Assembly (NCBI GenBank): GCA_030324005.1
Contig: JARDVH010000042.1
Location: 82,023,337 to 82,087,336 of the forward strand
Length of the DNA: 64,000 nucleotides
Reading direction: 5' to 3'
Source: Negaprion brevirostris
Lineage: Eukaryota
The translations under genes were made by a program, and so were the position numbers. Each line of letters opens with the position of its first letter. The stretch's first letter is position 1. Shown one piece after another: positions 25,882 to 38,965 of the stretch. The notes under the pieces are model-generated. The model searched no databases. It was given only the letters and a program-made list of their open reading frames with translations, and was not told where the DNA came from.

Positions 25882-26139
25882 AGAATGACAGAAACTGATT
25901 ACTTGAGTTTCTGGTCACCCTTGCAGTTCTGACCTGACCTCTAGTGATATATTTAGGCTGAGTTCCCGGGTGGGGGTCTGGCTGCTGGCTTGGTCATCAC
26001 TGAAATGTGGAATCACATCTGCAAGTATTTAAATGCCAGCAGCAGACTTTTGGAGTTGGAACGTCTTGTAAGATGAATGGAATGAAGATATTCATATTAT
26101 AGCACATTTAAACTAAATGGAGCGTCACAGTTGAAGAAC

Positions 26140-26330
26140 TGCAAGATTTTGTATTGTGCAAGATGAAGTCCTGTTGCATGAGATGCATGCGTGGGACCTC
26201 AAGGCACCTCCTTCAGAGCAGAGCTGTTTGTGATACCTGGACTGGTATAATGCCGTCTCCAAAATCCACTGAACCTGGATCCAAATGAACAAGAAGGTAA
26301 AGGACTTGAAGAGAATGACTAAGATAATCC
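26140..26330 (+). mobile_element. Harbinger Myb/SANT-like remnant
   Basis: acctggatccaaatgaacaagaaggtaaaggacttgaagaga translates to TWIQMNKKVKDLKR, resembling the third helix of the trihelix domain. Confidence 0.5.
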
Positions 26331-28259
26331 AAAGGTGTCCAACACCCAGAAGCAAAATCACGTTTGAATGCTGCACATTGTTCCCTCTTAATTTTTAAAC
26401 TGGTACTGTTAACCCATTCAAAATATTGGCAAAAAAAACCTGAGCGTAAAAGAGCAGGGCATGTCTTAATGCTGCAAATGACCAAGTTTACACTTGTCGC
26501 ACTCACCACTTAAATAACATCGACACTAAACACTCACACAACACGTGGTGCATGTTTATTACCTCACATATTGAGTTACAGCTGGACACTTGTGTGACTC
26601 AATCATCTTTAACGTCCTTTTGTCCTCGGGTTTGTAAAATTTCCTGATATAACCAAACAAATGTTTCTGCAGTCTCTGCTGGCCTTTTAATCCCGCAGTG
26701 ATACCTGACTACCTATTTCTACCTGGTGAATTCCCACTGCAGGGCCCTTTCCACATTGGAAGGTGGCATCCATTGTGCAATTAATATTGATTCCTTAATT
26801 AGTTGCAAGGTTAATATATAAAGGGTCAGACAGGTTGTTCTTTTGCACTGACCCAATTCTGCTGGTATTGCATTTTCTGGCTTCTCAATTACTGAAGTAA
26901 GGGGCTTATTGCCTGTTCCAGACAGCCACCATGGACACCTGACAAATGGTCCAATCCAGTATCAGGTCAGAAGTCCTTCAAATAATAATGGGAGATGAAA
27001 CATGATCCCCAAATTTGATCCATGTGTCTATTTTACTTCGGTGTAAGTGGCACAGCTAGACCTAATTTGTTACTCCCTTGTGTCGTTTTGAATGTAGATT
27101 TTTTTGACATTTGTGGTCAAAATTAACAGAGAGGTTTTAAAGATGCATGGAGAGGGATGAAGAAAAAAAAAGTACACGTCCCAGAACAGCATTAGAAGAA
27201 TATGATAAAATGGGGGAGCAGTAATCTGGATATAAGACTGTTCATGTATTCGTTGGCTTTGAGGCTTGAAATGCAGAAGACAGTCAGCATCTGAAAGAAG
27301 ATACATTAAAGCTTTGGCAAGAATCCCTCACTGCATCTATTTCTCCTGGTAACCTATCTCACTTTCAGAGGCTGTGTGATTTACAGCTAATCTCTCGGAG
27401 TTTCTAGCGTAATTGCAAATAATGTTGCATTCCATTTATAATGTTAAGCATTTTCCTTTTGATTGTTGTAAAATTCTCGTAATTCTTCTTAGAGATATCA
27501 AGATAGATTAGACGAACAGGAAACAGAATTTCAGTGTGTAACAGTGCTGCTCCTTGTTTGTCTACTAGGTTATCCAGATTGTTGTCAGCACCAGCTTGCT
27601 GCAATAAAGATAATTTTCTAATTTAAATTGCAGCCTCCTCTTTAAACAAAATTCAGTAAATCTTCACAATTTTGCTGTTCAGTTCCAGGATTCAATTCCA
27701 GTCCATAATTCCAACTAAAATGATGTAGGTTTTAAGAAAACATTTAAATCATTTTTACAATTTGAGTGCAGTCATGAGTGTATAGCATTTTAATTTGTGA
27801 CACTGTCTTAACCGGCCGCATTTTAAATTATTTTATGTTTTTTATCATCTTTGTTTACCCTTTTACACATTCTGATGTTTTGACAGGAAATCCACCAGCC
27901 TTGTAATTAAATGAGTAATCTTGAAAGCATAAGATTATTGATGAAACAGAAAGTATATTATAGCTTAAGAAAAGAAATGAACATTATTCAGACTGATCGA
28001 TTAACCAAAACAATGAGATTAACATCACTGTTGCATATACTGATTTGATGATAAAGGAATTAAATATTGGAACAAAGAGTTTGAAGAAAAATTGCAGGGT
28101 GCGTGATACAAGGAGCAAAATAAAATTAAAATGGACATATAATAAAACAGAATGTGCTAAAAATGAGCAGCAAACAAATTGGCATCTGAAAGAAAGATTG
28201 GTTAGCATTTTAGGTATAGCCCGTCAAAAGAACCACTAGGTATAAAACTTATACAAAAA

Positions 28260-28520
28260 GGTTGTGGAGCAATGCAGTCCTTAGTCCCACCTCCAAGAAC
28301 TACTGGCTAGTCAAAGGTCGACAGCCCTATTGTTCTCAGCTGTGCCACAGGGAGGTGGTTGTGCTGCCGGTAGAATACCCACCAAGGCCTCAAATCAAGA
28401 AGGGGCTCAGGCACGTGAATGATGGTGGGGACGGGGTTCTTGTAGGGAGGTGTGAAATGGCTGCAAGGGCAGTAGGTGACTTTCAGGAGCCTTCCACCTT
28501 CCTGATGTTGGGTCTCTTGT
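28260..28520 (-). mobile_element. Highly decayed HARBI1-like transposase C-terminus
   Basis: Across frames on the minus strand: GRLL..PLQPFHTSLQEP..YRQH..RTIGL..ALLHN, resembling WLLGD.GYPL.PWLMTP..YN..H..ERTIG.LK..CC.LHN. Confidence 0.45.
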
Positions 28521-29149
28521 GAAGCATGAAGTGCTTTTGAACGAGGGACACCACCACTCCCAGTTAGACCGCAAGCAAACACACCAAGGTTTCCCTGTGC
28601 TCCCTGCAAAGGATCTCTTGCTTGCTATTGACTGAATACCAGTGGTGGTGGGATCAGTTGTTAGGGCTGGGTGGCCACCTTTGGACCTTCCTGCTATGGA
28701 TATAATCGGGTTAGAGGTGGGAAGGTGGCATGGTCCACACCTGCTACCTCCCTGCCCAAATAAATTCCTCCCCCCACCTTGAGGGCATAAGACTTTGCCC
28801 TGTGATTTCCTTCTCATCTTTATTGTTCATTTATACTGGGATCACACATGGAAACATTTATATTTCACTCTTCAGATAGTTTTTGACTTGCCCTTCTCAA
28901 TCTTTGGGAGAATATCTTGTGGATCTACTGCAGCTCAAAGATAAAACTAACAAAAATTGGAGCTTTAAATGAAGTGTGGTCTTCAGTAACTGCAGAGAGA
29001 TGATTAAAAAAAAGCATCTCACTTAACATAATGACATAACTTGCTGTAAATATGTAAATCAAGATGTGACAAATAAAGGTGTGCCACACTTCACAGTTAC
29101 ACAAATACTTCCACCTGTGTCCAAGTGGCTTCTGTTCATTATATGATAA

Positions 29150-29545
29150 TTGCCCTCCACCCTGGAAACCCTGAATGAACCTGTGTCTGGGGTTACCATT
29201 GGAGATGTCAGAGCAGCTTTCTCAAAGATAATCCATGGAAAACGACTGACTCAAATTGGGTATCCAGATGAGCACTCAGATCCTGCACAGATCAGCTGGC
29301 AGGGATATTCACAGATATCTTCAGCCTCTCTTTACAACAATGTGAGGTCACTATTTGTTTTAAGAAGACGACCATCAAGCTGGTACCTAAGAAAAAAGTG
29401 TGCCTTAATGACTATTGTGTGGTGGCTCTGACATCTATCATTATGAAGTGCTTCAAAAAGCTAGTCATGGCATGAATTAATTTTAGCCTCCTGGGCTACG
29501 TGGATGCACTACAGTTTGCCGACTGCCGCAACAGGTCCTCTAGAG
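29150..29545 (+). mobile_element. Rex1/Babar LINE RT fragment
   Basis: [53 protein letters not shown]. Confidence 0.85.
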
Positions 29546-29729
29546 CCACTGCAGTCCATATGGTGTAGGTACAGAGTGATTTTGGCTCACGCATTGACTT
29601 CTGCAAGTATCTGGAAGACTTCTGGTAGGAAGATTGATGTGCAATAAAAGTAACTACCAGCCTTTGGAGAGTGAGCAATCCTCATAACGCTATTACAATT
29701 CATAAAATCTCTGAACTTTGCAGCACCCA

Positions 29730-30030
29730 AGTTGGCCTTTGTGCCTCTGCTGGTTTTGCTTTGACTATTGACCTCTACTTCTGGCTGCCTTTGTTGCCCT
29801 CGTTGTTCCTCCACTACTGTCAGCAGAGCCTTCAGCTATTTTGGCACTATTCTGGAATCCAGTCCGCAAACTCTTCCATCCCACTTTCTGTTTCTGTGTG
29901 TCCTTAAAAGTCTTCTTGCTAACTGTTCTTGACTTTTGGTTAACTTTCCGAACACGATGTTGACCTTTTTCTTCCCCCTCTGTGAAATGTTTTGGGAATA
30001 TTTTGTATGATAACACCACCATTTAAATGG
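29730..30030 (+). repeat. L2 LINE 3' fragment
   Basis: gagccttcagcta..tctggaatcc..ccttaaaag..tctgtgaaatgttttgggaatattttgtatga, an L2-type tail. Confidence 0.5.
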
Positions 30031-31464
30031 AGGTTTTTAATTTTTTTCCTAAATGTGAGATATTTTAGAACCCAGACGCTTAAAATTGTGTGGTAAAGTT
30101 TATAAAGTTGCAATAGTGCTAACCTTATCAGTGTAACGCCAGAAACCATGCAGTACAAAATTCAGTGAGAAATAGTAATTCATAGATTCAACCAGTTAGT
30201 TATTTTTGATAATAGATCAAGCATCATGTTCAATTATTCTCTGGATTAATGCAAATATATTGTTCAGTTTATAAATCATGAAATATATATTTTATATATT
30301 GCTCAATGTTTATTTTAAATGTGTATTATTGTATTACTTAGACCTTGATGCTTGGTCAATGTGTAGCGTTTTACAGCCAGCTGGCTAATGTGGAAAAATT
30401 GGTTTTGGGTTTTAGTCAACTATAGAGGGTCAGAGCCAACCTGGTTATGTTTTCACTTGGCACCTGCACATACTGAACTTATCGTAATTGAATATTAGCT
30501 GGTTTTCATCCGAGCAGCTCTGATGCAAATTGCAGCCTACATACTGTTGCCCACATGAGATCAGCTAACTCAAAAATGACCCATCCCAAATATCAGAATT
30601 CTTTTTGTGCTTTGCAGGCTCATATATAGCATAGGCTAGCGACAGCTTCCTTCTACTGTGTCCAAATAGCAAGCAGAACGTTAAGTCACCTGTGGACAAA
30701 TTTGCAAGGGTGGGTGGGAGGATGGCCTGTAGAAATTCTGTGGATGCCTTACCTTCCCACCCCAACCTAGTTGTGACTTAACAGGTGGCGGGAAAGCTCC
30801 AGACAGTCCTTGCGTCCTAAATGACCACTTCCTGACAGGCCCCTTTTCCATCAGCGGCCTGACACCCCTCACCACCCTTCCAGTAAAGACCCAAGCAGGC
30901 ATACTCACGCTTAGATCAAGCGAGTTGGCTGGCAGATCTCTGAAGCAAGTCATCCTGGCCAGTTGACCAATTATCAGAGCGTTGAATAGCTACAGCGCAA
31001 CCCATTTGAGTGGGGGCAAGTTTAAACCAACTTTATTGATGAAATCCTGCCACCTGTAAAATCCTGCCTAATGTGTCTAAACTCCACAATCAAAAGTGGG
31101 GGGGTGGTGGGTGTTCTGCTAACTTTTTACATACTGATCCACAGGGGGAGCTCCTCAGTCATTTACTAATTGTATACCTCAATGTGTTGATATATATATC
31201 CAGTTTGAATTATATTTTTCTCCATTCACTAATTATACTATGAAAGTAGATGCAAGTAAAAAGGCAACTTTTCCAACTTCATACCCTGAATTATTAATCA
31301 GCATAATATAGCTCCACTGTATGTCTAATTATCATTTTGTCCCAATGGGTTGTCTCATACTTGGGTAAATTGCCATAAATAACCAAAATGCTAAACACTG
31401 CAGACACCTTACTATTGTTCAGCATAAAGGACTTATAGGTGAATAACATTTTTTTTTATTGCAG

Positions 31465-31639
31465 CAAATGAAAACTCCAGAGAACCGGTTTTCGGGCCAC
31501 AATGTGACACCACAATACAGGATGCATTCTTACTACTCTGCAGCCTCATACCTGGGTCAAGGCCTAAGCACAGCTGCTTGTGTTCCTCAGCTGTTTACTC
31601 TGGAAGATGGTTCCTCTTTCTCAGATGTAAAATCCAATG
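31465..31639 (+). CDS. dmrt1: DMRT1 coding exon (equivalent to human exon 4)
   Basis: Acceptor tttttttattgcAG at 31463-64 and donor G|GTAGGT at 31640. Translation QMKTPENRFSGHNVTPQYRMHSYYSAASYLGQGLSTAACVPQLFTLEDGSSFSDVKSN contains the DMRT1 signature QYRMHSYY..SYLGQ. Phase 0 in, phase 1 out, compatible with both neighbouring exons. Confidence 0.97.
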
Positions 31640-31829
31640 GTAGGTTAAAGTTTTTTTTTGCTCAGTTCTATTACTGAAACTTCAATGTGTTAAAAAAGGC
31701 AGATGACTCAGTTACACTCCTTTCAAAGTCAACTTACTTGCAATGCACATAAAGTCCTTATTTGGAGTGGATGAATTACATGCTCATGAAGGTGGATAGA
31801 ATTGGGTAATAGAACATTTTTCGTTCCTT

Positions 31830-31985
31830 AATTGAATGTCAGCATCAGGCACTCCGGAGATCGTACGTAGCAAAGGCCATATACAGGGTAAATTTTCCTC
31901 TACTCTGTCCAAATAATGTGTTAATTATGGCCTCAAAGTGTACTCCCCACTGCACCAGTGCAACCTTTTCTATTTCCCATATCTT
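31830..31985 (-). mobile_element. LF-SINE-like 3' fragment
   Basis: Reverse complement resembles the 3' half of the element at 35190-35600 (atgggaaat..ttgcactggtgcagtggggag..gag..tttac..). Confidence 0.5.
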
Positions 31986-32744
31986 CCTATGTAATTTTTT
32001 TTAGCGTGTCTCCCTTTATCTTTAAGTGATGTTATTTTTCTTTTTTACTGTGAAAAGTTAAGCGAAGTATCAAAATACTGCAGTTACAATGCCTATTAAT
32101 TTTTCCATAAGTACTTTATTATTCTATTAGCTTGCATCTCAAAACATTAGAACATGGTTAGCCAAGGGTAAAGGTCCATGACAAAATAAACAAGAAGTGA
32201 AAAAAATGTATCAGTTCACCATTCTCGCATCTGAAGCAAGACTTTTATATATAAATGCAAAAGGAATATTACAGATCTTTAATAAAGTGGGTAAAAACTG
32301 AAAGTGCAGAGAGGTTAGTCAGCATATGAAAGTAAGGTGTGCCCAACAGTTCAAATGTAGTTCTTCACCAGAATTTCGGTCCGAACTGAATACTCGGTGT
32401 CTTTGTTTAATAAACATTAAACATTTAATCGTTTAAAATAGCCGATAGGAACTAAATTAAACACTTTCCTCTCCCATTTTTCCTTATTCTGTCTTTATCC
32501 CTCTTTTATTGCACAATTTGCACCTATGTTATTGTCAGTTCATTGCTTGTGCGTTCATTCTGCACATTAGCAACACTGCAGCTTTTAAAAATCTCGAACT
32601 GTGGCTTTGTGGTTGAATTCTGCTGAGCCGTGGCTGTCCTAGAATGAGGGATATGATTGCTGTAACCAGGGTTCCTTTGTCATTGGATTCCTTGGGATGA
32701 TCTTGGATTCCCATGGTAGGCAGCTTGCAGCTTGAGGTTAATCA

Positions 32745-33090
32745 AAGAATCCATGGAATCCCTACAGTGCAGAACGGGGCTATTCGGCCCACAAGTCTGC
32801 ACCGACTCTCTAACAGAGCATCCTACCCAGGCCCCATCCCTATAACCCTACGTATTTACCCACTAATCCCCTAGCCCACACATCCTGAGACACTAAATGG
32901 CAATTTAGTATGGCCAATCAACCGAACCTTTACATCTTTGGACTGTGGGAGGAAACTGGAGCACTTGGAATAAATCCATGCAGACACAGGGAGAATGTGC
33001 AAACTCGATGCAGACAGTCACCCAAGGATGGAATTGAACCTGGGTTCCTGGTGATGTGAGGCAGCAATGCTAACTACTATCGTACCACCA
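32745..33090 (-). mobile_element. HE1-like SINE, full length
   Basis: gaatccctacagtgcagaac..gcaatttagtatggccaatc..gactgtgggaggaaactggag..ggaattgaacctgggttcctgg..gaggcagcaatgctaac. Confidence 0.9.
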
Positions 33091-35189
33091 GGTGAAAAAC
33101 TAGTTACTGTGTTGGTGTCTGTTTTCTACCACTAGAGGAATGCTTATTTACTTAAGATGTGCAGGAAGAAATGAGATTGGCCAGTAATGTATGTAGAGTG
33201 AGAACAAATTAGTTTACTTAGTGAGAGAGGTGCTGTAAGGAAACTCAGAGAGAAAGCGATAAGTCCTTTACCCTTTTTTCTTCAGTGGCAGTGTTTAAAG
33301 ATAAGTTCTTCATCACGGCAGGACAGATTCTAAAGCATGGGATTGCATGATCTGTGGATGCCCTTACAGTCTCTCTGAGCAGTTGTCAGTTGAACAAAAT
33401 TATGGCAAAATGTTGGGCTTGAGACTGCCAAATGCTTGTTAGAATATTTATAGCTAACAGAGAGAGCTTCCATTCCACCTTGCAAAAGACTAATTGTCCA
33501 CAATTTTTGTAGACCTCCTAGTCCAATAACGTTTTTTTCTGCAAACACATTGCAACTATTTTGCTGCCTATCAATATAGTGCAGTATGTATCTGTTCAGA
33601 GATTTAATGGAATAATACCCTTGAGAATATGTTCATCATTCCAGTGCATTTTAGAGTAGTCCTGCCAGAAATCCGAAAGGAATGGGCATTCTTGCTGAGC
33701 GCAAACAATCCAACAAACAGAAACCTCAACCCAATTTAGTTCCAACCGCTGGACAATTCTCCAGAACTTGCCGAGGCTTGTTGTGTTTTCCAAGTTAGAT
33801 TTTAAAATGTGCATACAGCTTTACCTGCATCTNNNNNNNNNNNNNNNNNNNNNNNNNNNNNNNNNNNNNNNNNNNNNNNNNNNNNNNNNNNNNNNNNNNN
33901 NNNNNNNNNNNNNNNNNNNNNNNNNNNNNNNNCTTTACCTGCATCTCAGTTGCTGCTGAACTGTGTGCTCGTCAAGTGTAGAATTTATTTTCCGCTGTGT
34001 GTTATATATGTAACCTGCAGGTGGTATGTTCTACACTGTAGAGGAATAAACACTGTATAACTTAAAGGTGTAATTTAGACTCCTTCCAAATGATGAGAGG
34101 ATAAAGACCAAGTGTAGCACTAACTCTTACAGAACAGAAGTTCACGTCTTAGTCCTCCATTTGTTCTTTTTGCTGATCTCAGCTGCAGTAATGCTCAGGT
34201 GCAACAATTTTCGCTTAGCTGACTTAGAGTCCTTGAACCAGTGGCAGAGAATTGTAGCCTATGTTCTGCTTCTCATTACTATCCAGTCACTTCTGCTGGC
34301 GGTGCACATATATTTGCATATATACGTGAAGATTGCATTGGATTAACGACGCTACTCATGGATAAATAGTTTAATGGCACTCATTGTCTCGACACATATA
34401 TTAGACTATTGAGAAAGTTACCAGAGAGATATCAGTGTCTCTTGAACAATCTTCAACAAGAGACAGAATTTTCAGGAAGGAAACAATATAAATGGTACTT
34501 CCATTTACTTGTAAATAAATTTTTCCAGTTTTGAAACCAAAGTGCCATTACTGTCACAAATGCCCACAAGTACTATTTTTCCCATTCGCTTATCATTGGA
34601 AACTGCACAGTCACTGCTAACGCTCTGGTGTGTCCCTGGCATCCAACATTGTTAAGTGCCTCGGGAGGGGATATAAATTTTAAATATTTTTGGCAATGCC
34701 TTTGTAGAGTGATTGACTGTATGAGCAGGACTGCCATTCAACATTGAGGCATTTCAAAAAATGTCATGGCTCAGCCTCCATTTGTCTCCCAACTTAGCCA
34801 GGGTAGTTGTCCCAGCTGTGTTGGCAACTTCTCAAGATATTTAATTGCACTTTATTCCCAAGAAAGGCAGGGAATAGACAAAGGGCAGGTGGGATGTTCA
34901 GTCCCCAGGATGGTTCCTGCTGAATTTAGGCTCTGCACATGTTACATCAGTTACAATATTGCACACTAATTGTTAATGGGAGGAAGAAAGTCAGGGACTT
35001 GATCAGCAGACATCTGGTACTGATCACAGTGGAATGCAAAACTGTCAAATATCAGTCACAAAAACTAACTGCAGAAGAGATGATTTGTGTGACAGGACAA
35101 CATTAAGTTGTTTAGATTCCCTTTAATCGTGTTTCTGGTTTGATTTCATTCATTTATTTGAGGATGCATGCCTGTAAAAAAAAAGCTTT

Positions 35190-35600
35190 ACTGTTAGCAC
35201 TGAGAGTCTCCTGTCTCATTAATGCACTGGAAGGTATTTTAGCACACTATTGTTTCACTTCTGGTATCTGGCTTTAAATCAGCCCAGGCTGATGGGATGA
35301 AGGTCTCCTCTCTCTGTTGGCTGTAAGGATCCCATGTGAAATTAATTTAGGCAGTCTCAATTTAGTCCCTAGTGGGTATGGACCGACAACACAAAACTGC
35401 TCTTAATTTGATACTAATTGGCAATCTTACTCAGAGAGACTGGTGTATGGGAAATGGAAATATTGCACTGGTGCAGTAGGGAGTGCTCTCCTGAGGTTAG
35501 GATTAAGGCGCTTTGTTGGAGCAAAGTAAAGGGAGCTTTACTGTGCAGCTGCTGTTGCTGTGCCTGACCTGGGAATTCTTTACGCTAATACTGGGTAACT
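35190..35600 (+). mobile_element. LF-SINE-like element
   Basis: Colinear blocks matching the LF-SINE consensus as I recall it: tttcacttctgg..aaatcagcccagg..ggctgt..catgtgaaa..gtctcaatttagtccctagtggg..acaaaactg..atactaattggcaa..tcagagag..gctgtgcctg. Confidence 0.7.
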
Positions 35601-38039
35601 GAACAGGGAAAGTTTTCCATTACCCCAACACTACCATTTCTCGATGAGGATTAAAATTCATCGAAAAAAAAATCTGCAGCGATTAAAACAGTTGTTGGCA
35701 TCAATACACCAAGCTCAGAATCCTCTCTGATGACACTATTGACAACATCCAGAAGCCCTGACTACCCTTCAGGAATGCCACTCAATGCAAGCTGCTGAGT
35801 GTCTCTGGAGACAGGAACCTCTGAGTCCCTGAAGGTAAAGCTTCTTGATAATGATCTTGTCACATTTTCTCTACTGAAAGTGCTCAGTTATCACTCTGAA
35901 TAGCAATATAATGTTCCAGTAAAGGAATGGCAACATTATGTTGGCAGTACTATATGAGCCGTACAAACACTGTTTAGTTTGCTTACCAGATTCGCCAAAG
36001 GAATACGAGTGTGAGGACTTCTCAGCCTGAAACTGTTCCATCACCAGAGGTAATGTCAGGGAATACATTACAAATAAAAGATTCTTCTATCCGTTTTTTG
36101 TAGTCAAACTTTTTGTTCATCATTTTATTTGTTGCTGTTTTTTAATGGAGAAAACCTATAGATTCTATCTAAAACATGTTCAAAATACTAGATTAATTTC
36201 TCAAGAAGGTAATTACGCACAATTTCTGCATATGGTTTAAAATGCTGGAAATATCAGACTAATGAACACTGTTGCGTAGATTCATCTGGAACTTTCAACA
36301 CCTTCCAGGTCTAGTGGAGGAGAGGTTTAGGCCACCTAGCTCCAAACTGAGACAGTAGCAACATACTTAGAGGAACTACAGTGAAAGCGCATGTCACTTC
36401 CAGCTCACCCTTTCCTTCTCATTCAGTCAAGCAGTGAGGTGAATACTAACCGGTAACTAATCTATAACATCTGGGCATCAGTCAAATTCTTAACTCTGTT
36501 TATTACAATGGAGCTTAGCTGTAAGAAAATGTGATAGAATTACAGTAGATGGATTAGATCCAAATTGGTTGAATTAATTTACTCATCATTATAACATGAT
36601 TAACAATTATTTTTTACAGTTCAGTTAAGTGTGTGTGAGAGAAATTGTTGCTTCATATAGCAAAAATTTGAAGATTGAACAGCTGGAAGCTAAGACGCAC
36701 TCCCTAATATAGCGGTTAATGTTACAGCTCAGTATCTTTATAACTGAGATAAAGATCTTGGTTCTTTACTGAGATACAGTTTACTGACCTGCTGGATTCT
36801 GGCTTTGAGTCTGTTTACTAAGTACAGCTTTTCTGAATTCTGATACTTGTACAACCAGCTAATACTAAGTGTTATAAGTGTAAATATGTGAATGAAGAGT
36901 TGAGTGCACGAATATCAGTGTACACTAGAGTGATACTGCAATGTATTCTGTCAAATTACCAAAAATATAATTGGTACAATATCTGCAGAGTTTTTGCAGG
37001 TAAGTAGGACAATTGTTTTGGGTTGGTATTTCAGGAAATTAGAATATGTGCAGGAACTGCTTCTGCAGTTGTACTTACTTTGAAGCATAGCCATCGTGTT
37101 ATTCATTTCAGTTGTCCTTTGTATCTGACCATAGTGAAGAAGGCACTGCCTGCAGATTTCCAGCTTCCCCTCTCTTTCAACCAGTGCAAGTAAATTTAAA
37201 GAAGGGCTAACAGATGCTAGAACCAAAGAATCTCTACAGTGCATAAAGAGGCCATTTGGCCCATCAAGTCTACACAAACTCGCAGAAAGAGCATTCCACC
37301 CATTAAAAAAACTCCTAGATTAAAATAAAACAACCTTTTATTTTCGTTGCCGACTTAAAGATCTTATCCTGCGAACTATATGTTTTGGTTAGTAATAGGT
37401 AAGAATGTTGGACTGAGCATATACATAATCTGGGCAGAATTCTCCTAGGCCCCAGCCGGCGGGTTTGATGGTAGGCATGAAGGGAGAATATGGTGGGAGG
37501 TCCAGAAATCGGTTTCATAGCGGCGTAAATTTACAGTGAGATCTTCTGCTGGTGTCCGCCATGATGGTTGTTAAATCTGCCAGGGGCTGGCTTGACCCTC
37601 ACTTGCTTCCCAATAATTGGACGTGCTCAAAGGCCAGAACGCCATGCCAGATTCTCTGCGCTATCAGCAGCAAAACATGTCGATATGAAACACATTCGGG
37701 ACAAAGTGATGTGCAGATGTTGGACTCACCTGAACAACCTCTGGGATTGCCTCAGGAGTTCAGGATGGAGGCCACCCACAATCCTGGATCTTGAAACACC
37801 ACACAGTGGATCAATGGTGCACCTGCAGATGAACCTTCCAGATTAGCTACCCTGAAGGGGATCCATCTTCCAGCCTCAGAATGTTCCTGAAGATCCATCT
37901 TCAGTCTCCATCTTCCAGTCTCAGTGTGCCCCTCTAGATTTATCTTCATTTTCAAGAGCGGGTCAGTGATGTTGACTGCCTTTTCAATATGGCACCCAGC
38001 ACAAGTGGCGGACTTCACACCATCCAGGCCTGCCCACCA

Positions 38040-38650
38040 CTAAATATTAGAGGAGCACATAGATCTCGATGGGTTGCAGAGCTGGAAGAGGTTTCAAACA
38101 GGGAGGGCGGGATGAGGTTGTGAAGGAATTTAAAGATGAGTGAGAAGAATTTTAAAATTGAGGTGTTAGCACATTGAAAACAAATGTGGGTCAGCAACCA
38201 TTGGAGATTGGTGAATAGAACTTTGTGTGAGTTAGATTATGGCGGCATTGTTTCGGATGAATTCACGGCTGGCCTTGAAAACATTGGAATGGTCAANNNN
38301 NNNNNNNNNNNNNNNNNNNNNNNNNNNNNNNNNNNNNNNNNNNNNNNNNNNNNNNNNNNNNNNNNNNNNNNNNNNNNNNNNNNNNNNNNNNNNNNNATTG
38401 GAATGGTCAAGTTTAGATATACTAAGCATGGGTGAGGGTTTCAGGAGCAAATGGGTTGTGTCAGGAGTGGAGTCAGGCAGTGTTACAGGGAAGTAAGTAG
38501 GTAGTCTTGGTGAAGGTACAGATAGGGGTTTGCAGTTTCATCTTGGGGTCAAATATGAGACCAGGGCTTTGGTTTGCCTGTTTCAGGCTCAGACAGTGGC
38601 TAGGGAGAGAGGTTGAGTTGCTGACTGGGGAATGGTGTTTGTGACAAGGT
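38040..38650 (-). mobile_element. L2 LINE fragment
   Basis: Minus frame ILKFFSLIFKFLHNLIPP.L and plus-strand ggaatggtcaagtttagatatactaagcatgggtgagggtttc..ggggtcaaatatgagacc, typical of shark L2. Confidence 0.7.
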
Positions 38651-38679
38651 GCAAAGATAGGGTTTCACGCTTTAATATT

Positions 38680-38965
38680 TTATTTCCTCTGCGGGGACAG
38701 CCTGCAACGAGGAGGCATAGGCTTAAAATTGGAGCTAGGACATTCTGCAGTAAAATCAAAAAACATTTTTCACACAAAGGCCAATGGAAATTAGGAACAC
38801 TTTCAAAAGGATGGCTTAAGGGATGGGGGAGGAGTGTGATTTCAAGACTGAAATTGTTAGGTTTTGTTAGGTAAGGGTATCAAAGACTATGGATCAAAAA
38901 CAGGTAGTGGAATTAGATATAGATCAACCATAATCTAATTCAATTGGTAAAGGAGGTTTGGGGGG
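38680..38965 (+). mobile_element. CR1-like LINE 3' end
   Basis: LFPL.G..TRRHRLKI..KHFSHK, plus tail agatcaaccataatctaattcaattgg. Confidence 0.7.

Noticed and set aside
35680-35834. Possible exon ending in AAG|GTAAAG
   Set aside because: The acceptor is preceded by poly-A rather than a pyrimidine tract, and all three frames contain stops.
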